From the NCBI GenBank assembly GCA_045598225.1, contig JAZLLP010000006.1, forward strand, positions 22,230 to 86,229: 64,000 bases of DNA, given 5' to 3'. Of this stretch, positions 57,350 through 64,000 are shown piece by piece; position 1 is the stretch's first letter; the number at the start of each line of letters is the position of its first letter. This DNA is from Acutalibacteraceae bacterium (lineage in GTDB: Bacteria > Bacillota > Clostridia > Oscillospirales > Acutalibacteraceae). The translations under genes were made by a program, and so were the position numbers. Under the pieces are notes generated by a model. The model worked only from the letters and a program-made list of their open reading frames with translations, did not search any database and had not been told where the DNA came from.

Positions 57350-58690
57350 TTACTCGTCATGTTCATTTTTTATGTTTTTCATAATGTCGAATACCATTGA
57401 TTTTAAAGCGGGATTTTCTTCCATTTTACTTTCCGCCGCTTCAAGCGAATAAATAACCGTCGAGTGTTTTTTACCGCCGAATTCTTTACCTATGTCTTCA
57501 TAAGTAAGGTTTGTTATTTCACGCATAACATACATGGCAAACTGCCTTGCGTTTGATATTTCCGCTTTTTTCTTTTCGGAGCGTATGTCTTCGGGTGAAA
57601 CGCCGAATGTTCTTCCTACCTGTTCGATAATGTTGTTTATTGTAACTTCCGTCGGCTGTGCGTAATAAATAACATCTTTAATTGCATCATTTGCTATTCC
57701 TATTGTCGGAACTTGCCCAGTCATCTGGTAAACGGCAAATATTTTTTTAACGACGCCTTCTATCTGCCGAACGTTGTTTTTGAGCCTTTCTGCAATAAAG
57801 TTTACAACATCATCTGACATTTTCATATCAAGAAGTTGTGCTTTGCGCCTGATGATTGCTATTCTCGTTTCAAGCATAGGCGGCTGTATGTCTGCAAGCA
57901 GTCCTTGAATAAAACGGCTTCTTAACCTTTCTTCAAGCGACTGTATATCTTTCGGAGGACGGTCGGAAACAAGAACAATCTGTTTTTTCTCGTTTATAAG
58001 CGCTTCGAAAGTATAGAAAAATTCCTCCTGAACAGACGGACTTCTGCTTATGAACTGAATATCGTCCATTAAAAGTACGTCGGCAGTTCTGTATTTTTTA
58101 TGAAATTCCGACATACTTTTTTCACCGAGGTGAGTTATCATTTCATTAAGAAAACTTTCACCGTTTGTGTAAATGATGTTGAGATTCGGCCTTGTTGATG
58201 AAAGTTCTATGTTTATTGCCTTGAGAAGATGTGTTTTGCCGAGCCCCGAATCACCGTAAATGAAAAGCGGATTATGTATGCTTCCCGGATTTTTCGCAAC
58301 TGCGCCCGCCGCAACGTAAGCAAATTTATTTGTCGGACCTACAATGAAATTTGCAAACGTACATTCAAGATTTGCGGTAAGGTCGGTATTCGGAATATTT
58401 TGAATTGCGTTTTCAAAACCGTTTTCATTTTCAACTTCATTCGGAGAATCGGAAACTATTTTTGCTTTTAATTTAAAACCTACTACGTTTTCAATAGCCT
58501 GCTCGATTTCTTTTATGAAACGTTTTTCAATAATATCTTTTTTAAACCCGGTGGAAGTTTTAAGAATAAAAGCGTCGTCGGAAATTGAAACAGGTTCGAG
58601 TGATTCCATCCACGCTTTGACAACCGTTTCCGTACAAAGTAATTTTAATTCTTCAAGAACGGCAAGCCACATTTCCGATAAATTGTCCAA
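57350..58690 (-). CDS. dnaA: chromosomal replication initiator DnaA
   Basis: 446 aa. AAA+ Walker A GDSGLGKTHL, sensor motifs and C-terminal DNA-binding HSTV. Confidence 0.96.
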   Translation of the reverse strand: MDNLSEMWLAVLEELKLLCTETVVKAWMESLEPVSISDDAFILKTSTGFKKDIIEKRFIKEIEQAIENVVGFKLKAKIVSDSPNEVENENGFENAIQNIPNTDLTANLECTFANFIVGPTNKFAYVAAGAVAKNPGSIHNPLFIYGDSGLGKTHLLKAINIELSSTRPNLNIIYTNGESFLNEMITHLGEKSMSEFHKKYRTADVLLMDDIQFISRSPSVQEEFFYTFEALINEKKQIVLVSDRPPKDIQSLEERLRSRFIQGLLADIQPPMLETRIAIIRRKAQLLDMKMSDDVVNFIAERLKNNVRQIEGVVKKIFAVYQMTGQVPTIGIANDAIKDVIYYAQPTEVTINNIIEQVGRTFGVSPEDIRSEKKKAEISNARQFAMYVMREITNLTYEDIGKEFGGKKHSTVIYSLEAAESKMEENPALKSMVFDIMKNIKNEHDE

Positions 58691-58915
58691 TATTTTTCAC
58701 CCCAAAAAACAAAATAAAATGTATATATATATTTATATTATAATAATTCCTATTTAGTATATCATATATATAATAATTTTTCAACATTACTGTCGAAAAA
58801 ATAACGTAAAATTTTAAATAAAATTAACAAATACCGTATTGCTTTTTTTTCCTATATTTAGTAAAATTCAAAATGGTTGATTATATTTAGAAAAAAGAGG
58901 TATAAAACAGTAAAT
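58691..58915. other. dnaA upstream AT-rich region, candidate oriC segment / DNA-unwinding element
   Basis: 225 bp, extremely AT-rich with TA-repeat runs (ATGTATATATATATTTATATTATAATAATT). Coding strands diverge here: all genes from 46.4 to 58.7 kb are minus, and all from 58.9 to 64 kb are plus. Confidence 0.5.
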
Positions 58916-59878
58916 ATGGATTATAAAGGACAGATTTGCCCTGTTTGCAAAAACAGGTTTGAAAATAATGATGACGTTGTCGTATGTCCCGAATGCGGCA
59001 CGCCTCACCACCGTGAATGCTATTTTGAAAACGGTAAATGCGCCAACGAAAATCTTCATAATACGGGTTATGAATTTAAAAATCCGGTTGAAGAAAATGT
59101 CGTTGAAAGTAATGACAAAAACGAAACACAAACAACCGATATATTCTTTTCCGACAAAAAAACTCAGGAAGAGTTTGAAAAATTTCAGAATAAGCGTGAA
59201 GAAGAACAGAATACTTTTCAGGGTATAGCGGATGATATAAATAACAAAACATCCGAGCAGATTTATATTGACGGCAAAAAAGCGACTTATTATGAAGAGG
59301 CAATAGGTAAAAATCAAAAGTATTATATTCCCCGTTTTCTTGTTATTGACAGAACGGGAAAAAAGGCGGTAGTGAACTTTTTTGCTTTTCTTTTTCCGTT
59401 TGCGTGGTCGCTTTACAGAAAACTTTATAAAATAAGCGCGGCTGTATTCGCTTTTTACATTCTTATTTTCGGAGTAACGCTTTTACCCGTTATCACGAAT
59501 GAAAACTATATGAATGCAGTCAACAAAGTCATTACTTCCGAAGGGTATGAAGCACTTTACAACATAGCCGAATACGGGAACGGCAAAGACGTTCAACTGA
59601 CTAAAGATGAAGCGGCGCTTGTTGAAGCGGCAGAAGAAACTCAGATGCCGGCAGTTCTTTATTACACTATACAGTTAAGTATGTTTGCCGTAAAAATTCT
59701 TATTTCGGTTTTCGGTACGAAAATGTATCTTGATTCGCTGAAAAAGAAAATTGACCGTGCAGTTTCTTTAAATTCCGATGAAGAGGGAATAAAAGCGTAT
59801 CTTAAAAGCAAAGCGGGCGTTATTCCGATAGTAATTGCCGTTATTGCTTCAATAGCCGATTTATCGGCAATGTTATAA
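58916..59878 (+). CDS. zinc-ribbon plus multi-TM protein (DUF2628-like)
   Basis: Start at MDYKGQICPVCKNRF...CPECGTPHHRECY (RBS AGAGG). C-terminal half has several TM helices. Confidence 0.6.
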   Translation: MDYKGQICPVCKNRFENNDDVVVCPECGTPHHRECYFENGKCANENLHNTGYEFKNPVEENVVESNDKNETQTTDIFFSDKKTQEEFEKFQNKREEEQNTFQGIADDINNKTSEQIYIDGKKATYYEEAIGKNQKYYIPRFLVIDRTGKKAVVNFFAFLFPFAWSLYRKLYKISAAVFAFYILIFGVTLLPVITNENYMNAVNKVITSEGYEALYNIAEYGNGKDVQLTKDEAALVEAAEETQMPAVLYYTIQLSMFAVKILISVFGTKMYLDSLKKKIDRAVSLNSDEEGIKAYLKSKAGVIPIVIAVIASIADLSAML

Positions 59879-59900
59879 ATTTATTCGGGGGAATGAAAAA

Positions 59901-61172
59901 ATGATGACACCCCTTGCGGACAGAATTCGTCCGCAGTCACTTGACGATATTGTCGGACAAACACACCTTATAGGTGAGGGTAAACCTTTAAGAAACATAA
60001 TTGAATCGGGCGAACTGCCGAATCTTATTTTTTACGGTCCGTCGGGAACGGGCAAAACAACCCTTGCCCGTATGATAGCGAAAAAGACCGACAGAACGCT
60101 GAGAAGACTTAACTGCACTACGGCGGGAACGCAGGATATCCGTGACATTGTGGCTGACCTCAATGCCTTTACCGCACCGAACGGAATACTTCTTTACCTT
60201 GACGAAATTCAGTATTTTAACAAAAAACAGCAGCAGACGCTTCTTGAATACATAGAAAACGGTTCAATTACACTTATTGCTTCCACTACGGAAAATCCGT
60301 ATTTTTATGTTTACAGCGCAATTTTAAGCCGTTCCTCTGTTTTTGAATTCAAATATGTCACTCCCGAAGAAGCCGAAAAAGCGGTAATACGAGGTTTCAA
60401 ATTTCTTGAAGAAGAAAAAGGCGAAACATTTGAGATTGAAGACGGAGTAACGTTTCATATTGCATCCGCCTGTGGCGGAGATGTGAGAAAATCTTTAAAT
60501 GCTGTCGAACTTTGCGTACTCGGCTCAATAATTCCCGCTTCGGGCGAAAAAAGAATAATCACGTTTGAAAATGCAAAAGAACTCACGCAAAAAAGCGCAA
60601 TGCGCTATGACCGTGAGGGTGATGACCATTACGATATTCTTTCCGCATTTCAGAAATCAATGCGGGGTTCCGACCCGGATGCGGCGGTACATTACCTCGG
60701 CAGGCTTCTCGAAGCGGGCGATATGACATCCGCAATAAGGCGGCTTCTTGTATGCGCCGCCGAAGATGTCGGACTTGCTTACCCTATGATTTTGCCGATA
60801 GTCAAAGCGGCGACTGATATTGCACTTCAGGTCGGTATGCCCGAAGCGAGACTTCCGCTTGCGGATGCGGTAATTCTTGTTGCCAATTCGCCTAAATCGA
60901 ACACGGGGCATAACGCTATTATCGCCGCTATGGAGGATTTGCAGAACGGAAAAAGCGGTCCTGTTCCGAGACAACTTCAAAACAAGCATTTTGACGGAGA
61001 CGATGCCGAAGAAAAAGGTCAGTTCTACCTTTATCCGCACGATTATAAAAACAGGTGGGTAAAACAGCAGTATCTTCCCGACGCCATAAAAAACCGCCGT
61101 TATTATGAATACGGCGACAATAAACAGGAGCAGGCGGCAAAAGAATACTGGGAAAAAATAAAAGGTAATTAA
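59901..61172 (+). CDS. rarA: replication-associated recombination protein A (AAA+ ATPase)
   Basis: 423 aa. RPQSLDDIVGQTHL, Walker A GPSGTGKTT, DEIQYFNK and the MgsA C-terminal domain. Confidence 0.92.
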   Translation: MMTPLADRIRPQSLDDIVGQTHLIGEGKPLRNIIESGELPNLIFYGPSGTGKTTLARMIAKKTDRTLRRLNCTTAGTQDIRDIVADLNAFTAPNGILLYLDEIQYFNKKQQQTLLEYIENGSITLIASTTENPYFYVYSAILSRSSVFEFKYVTPEEAEKAVIRGFKFLEEEKGETFEIEDGVTFHIASACGGDVRKSLNAVELCVLGSIIPASGEKRIITFENAKELTQKSAMRYDREGDDHYDILSAFQKSMRGSDPDAAVHYLGRLLEAGDMTSAIRRLLVCAAEDVGLAYPMILPIVKAATDIALQVGMPEARLPLADAVILVANSPKSNTGHNAIIAAMEDLQNGKSGPVPRQLQNKHFDGDDAEEKGQFYLYPHDYKNRWVKQQYLPDAIKNRRYYEYGDNKQEQAAKEYWEKIKGN

Positions 61173-61183
61173 CAGAGGTTTTT

Positions 61184-61903
61184 ATGAAGAAAAAATTATT
61201 TTCGGTTATTTTTGCAATTACATTGATTTGCATATTTTCTTCTGTTGCTTTTGCTTCACCCGAGGGACTGTCACAGGCGGGTGAAATTGCAAAAGAAAAC
61301 GCATCCGAAGTGCCGGATTTTTCAATTACGTTTGACGAAAACAATGAATTTAACGGTTTCGATATTGAAAACGCCGAAGAAAAAGACGTTGAAAACGGTA
61401 TTGATGAATTTGATGAATTCAATAACGAAGATTTTCCCGAATTTGATGAGGAAGATTTTGACTTTGAAGATTATTTTGAAAAAGACGAAAACGTCTTAAC
61501 GGAAAAACAGAAAGAAAAAATGATGGATGCAATAGAAAGTAATCCGTTATTTTTAATATGTATCGTTGCAGAGTCAACTTGTATTATTCTTTTTATTCCG
61601 TTACTGATTCTGCTTACAGTATTTATTGTACTGAATTCAAAACAGAAAAAGAAAATAAAAGAGTACGAAAGGCGAATTGCCACGGGATTCGGAATAAAAG
61701 CGAATAACGGAATAAGAACGGTACAGTTCGGCTCTCAACAGTTCAATACGCAGGATACGGGCGGATATACGCCTTATAACAATACAGGTTACGCTTCCGA
61801 AAACGGTGCATATAATAATTACGGTACAAATCCCGTTCAGCCTGAAAGCAATCAGCAGAATACACAGGAAAAAGACGAAACGGGAGGTAACGAAAATGAA
61901 TAA
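61184..61903 (+). CDS. hypothetical acidic secreted/anchored protein
   Basis: 239 aa. Signal peptide, D/E-rich region, one TM, then KKKIKEYERR. Confidence 0.55.
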   Translation: MKKKLFSVIFAITLICIFSSVAFASPEGLSQAGEIAKENASEVPDFSITFDENNEFNGFDIENAEEKDVENGIDEFDEFNNEDFPEFDEEDFDFEDYFEKDENVLTEKQKEKMMDAIESNPLFLICIVAESTCIILFIPLLILLTVFIVLNSKQKKKIKEYERRIATGFGIKANNGIRTVQFGSQQFNTQDTGGYTPYNNTGYASENGAYNNYGTNPVQPESNQQNTQEKDETGGNENE

Positions 61904-62777
61904 AACGGTTAAAAAAATACTTGCTGTTATTTTTCTTTCTGTTTTCGTTATTTCCGCGTTGAGTGTTACTTCTTTTTGTTCTGACAAGAGCGAAAAAACG
62001 AAAAAAGTTGAAAACTTTGAAATTTTCAATGACGTTTTTTACACAAAAATACCCGAAAATTTTGTTATTTATTACAACGCCGAAAATTACTGCTTTTTAA
62101 AAGATAATTCTTTTGATACCCACTATATAAAATTCAGATTTGAAGAAAATAAAGATAATACGGATATATATTTATTACTTGCAAGTTCGCAGTTGAATCC
62201 CGAAAAAGAGTTTGCGAAAAAAGTAATTGAAGATTTGTATTCCTCGGATTACTGCAAGTATACGGATATTGAAACAGATATTGAAATTATCAGCGAAAAC
62301 GGTCCTTATATTGAGGTTGAATGTAAAGCGGATTACGGTGACGGCGAGCCGTGCGAAACAGAAATATATATTTTTACGACAAAAAAATATATTTTTACGG
62401 TTTATGCCGAATCGGTAGTTGAAATTCCCGAAGATGATGTTGAATACGTTCTCGGGAATCTTTGCATAAACGATGAATATTTTGACAAAAGCATATCTGC
62501 TGACAGAATTGATTTTACGGATGCACCCGCTTATGAAGACGCACTTGCAAAAGATATTGAAAACAGCGAAAACGAAGAAGATCTGATAAGCGGTACAAAA
62601 ATGAGTTTTGATGATGAAGAACTTCAAAAATATATGAAAGCACTTATGATTTTGTCGCTTGTTTTCATTGTTCCGTTCACTGTTATTTTTGTTGTGACAA
62701 TAATTTTTATTGTTAAATATATTAAAAAGAAGAAAAAATTAAGAGAGTACGAATCAAAATACGGTACTCTCATTTAA
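61896..62777 (+). CDS. hypothetical secreted/anchored protein (same layout as upstream gene)
   Basis: Start moved to MNKTVKKILAVIFLSVFVISALS (RBS GGAGG), overlapping the upstream stop. C-terminal TM followed by KKKKKLREYESKYG, parallel to the neighbour. Confidence 0.6.
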   Translation: MNKTVKKILAVIFLSVFVISALSVTSFCSDKSEKTKKVENFEIFNDVFYTKIPENFVIYYNAENYCFLKDNSFDTHYIKFRFEENKDNTDIYLLLASSQLNPEKEFAKKVIEDLYSSDYCKYTDIETDIEIISENGPYIEVECKADYGDGEPCETEIYIFTTKKYIFTVYAESVVEIPEDDVEYVLGNLCINDEYFDKSISADRIDFTDAPAYEDALAKDIENSENEEDLISGTKMSFDDEELQKYMKALMILSLVFIVPFTVIFVVTIIFIVKYIKKKKKLREYESKYGTLI

Positions 62778-62789
62778 GGAGTGTTTTTT

Positions 62790-63635
62790 ATGTACAAATT
62801 CCCGATAGGCGTAATCATCAACAGTTTCAGAACGGATATTCCCACATCCGTTAAAAAGGCGGCGGAAGTCGGCGCACAGGGTATTCAGGTCTATGCCACA
62901 AGCGGCGAAATGGCTCCCGAAAATCTCAATGCACAGGGCAGACGTGAATTTCTTGACCTTGTAAAATCAAACGGTCTTACCATTTCCGCACTTTGCGGCG
63001 ACCTCGGCGGCGGCGGATTTACTCACCCCGAACTCAATCCCGCTAAAATAGAAAAATCAAAAAGAATACTCGACCTTGCAAAAGACCTTGAAACAGACGT
63101 TGTTACAACCCATATAGGCGTTGTTCCCGAAGACAAAAACCATGACAGATACAAACTTTTGCAGGAAGCGTGTCACGAACTTGCGGAATATGCAGACTCA
63201 ATCGACGCTCATTTCGCCATTGAAACAGGTCCCGAAACATCCGCTACACTTAAAGAATTTCTCGATTCTCTCGGCTCAACGGGCGTTGGCGTAAACCTTG
63301 ATCCCGCAAATCTTGTTATGGTTACAGGCGACAACCCCGTTACGGCTGTTCACAATCTTAAAAAGTACATAGTACATACCCACGCCAAAGACGGCAAACA
63401 ACTTTTCTATAAAGACCCCGAAATCGTTTACGGTATGAAGCCCGACGTTATCGTTACAGGCTCATCATTTATTGAAGTACCGCTCGGTGAAGGCTCTGTT
63501 CCGTTTAAAGAGTACCTCGGCGCACTCGAAGAAATCGGTTTCAAAGGCTTCCTTACAATAGAGCGTGAAGTCGGTGACAATCCTGAAGGCGATATTAGAA
63601 AAGCAGTAAAATTCCTTGAGGAAATGATGGCTTAA
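62790..63635 (+). CDS. sugar phosphate isomerase/epimerase (xylose isomerase-like TIM barrel)
   Basis: Start at MYKFPIGV (RBS AAGGAG). Typical E...D...H...E metal-site spacing (AIETGPE, VNLDPAN, HAKD, TIERE). Confidence 0.8.
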   Translation: MYKFPIGVIINSFRTDIPTSVKKAAEVGAQGIQVYATSGEMAPENLNAQGRREFLDLVKSNGLTISALCGDLGGGGFTHPELNPAKIEKSKRILDLAKDLETDVVTTHIGVVPEDKNHDRYKLLQEACHELAEYADSIDAHFAIETGPETSATLKEFLDSLGSTGVGVNLDPANLVMVTGDNPVTAVHNLKKYIVHTHAKDGKQLFYKDPEIVYGMKPDVIVTGSSFIEVPLGEGSVPFKEYLGALEEIGFKGFLTIEREVGDNPEGDIRKAVKFLEEMMA

Positions 63636-64000
63636 TGATTATTGAAAATAAATCTTTTGACGGTGAACGTGAATTTTACGGTTGCGACGGCGTTACTCTT
63701 AAAAACTGTTCTTTTGACGGCGAACGTGACGGCGAAAGCGCATTTAAGGAAAGCAGAAATATTACGCTATGTAACTGTTATTTCAATTTGCGTTATCCGT
63801 TCTGGCATGACAGTACGGCGGTTATAAAAAACTGCGAACTTACGGAGTTTTGCAGAGCGGCAATATGGTATTCCGAAAATATCGAAATAGGCAACACGAA
63901 ACTGCACGGCATTAAAGCACTTCGTGAATGTAAAAATGCAAGTATTTTTGATTGCGATATTGTTTCACCCGAATTCGGCTGGTCATGTGAGAAAGTTAGT
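63635..64000 (+). CDS. DUF3737-like beta-helix protein, N-terminal part (runs off window end)
   Basis: Not in the track because it is open at the edge. TAATG overlap start, then MIIENKSFDGEREFYGCDGVTLKNCSFDGERDGESAFKESRNITLCNCYF... with no stop to position 64000. Confidence 0.6.
   Translation, partial: MIIENKSFDGEREFYGCDGVTLKNCSFDGERDGESAFKESRNITLCNCYFNLRYPFWHDSTAVIKNCELTEFCRAAIWYSENIEIGNTKLHGIKALRECKNASIFDCDIVSPEFGWSCEKVS

Noticed and set aside
63642-63827. 61-aa ORF from the track (MKINLLTVNVNF...).
   Set aside because: Another frame, starting at the TAATG overlap (63635), stays open to the window end and gives a plausible beta-helix protein (MIIENKSFDGEREFYGCDG...). The track ORF is an out-of-frame artefact.

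Overview
Low-GC Firmicutes (Clostridia) chromosome segment. A dockerin-bearing surface protein suggests a Ruminococcus-like Oscillospiraceae host. It contains the replication-origin neighbourhood (dnaA-dnaN-yaaA-recF-remB-gyrB-gyrA, 49.6-58.7 kb, minus strand), with a coding-strand switch at about 58.8 kb. Housekeeping genes include murD-murI, lexA, glyA, nadABC, class I lysyl-tRNA synthetase, cysK and rarA. Carbohydrate-active and surface genes include a GH78 rhamnosidase, GH16, a CE15-like esterase, a beta-helix protein and a 1306-aa dockerin protein. Three things stand out. (1) A 10,739-bp AT-rich integrated element (25851-36589) splits a secreted EndA-like nuclease gene next to its catalytic motif. 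It has 23-bp imperfect terminal inverted repeats and a 6-7 bp flanking direct repeat. It carries three back-to-back tyrosine recombinases plus an HTH/coiled-coil protein, and cargo comprising a ComEC-like MBL hydrolase, two small K/E-rich paralogs, an ImmA/IrrE-like protease coupled to a 2-TM protein, and an RHH regulator. (2) A type I toxin-antitoxin locus missed by the ORF track encodes a 29-aa hydrophobic peptide with a convergent small RNA. Two further promoter-to-terminator copies of that small RNA lie next to decayed toxin remnants. (3) Tandem heptanucleotide arrays (RGTTGYY, 5 to 23 units) start 0-4 nt after the stop codons of lexA, the nuclease gene, glyA and lysK, always in the sense orientation of that gene. 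They form inverted pairs around two small accessory islands. All functional calls come from motif recognition by eye; no searches or computations were run.
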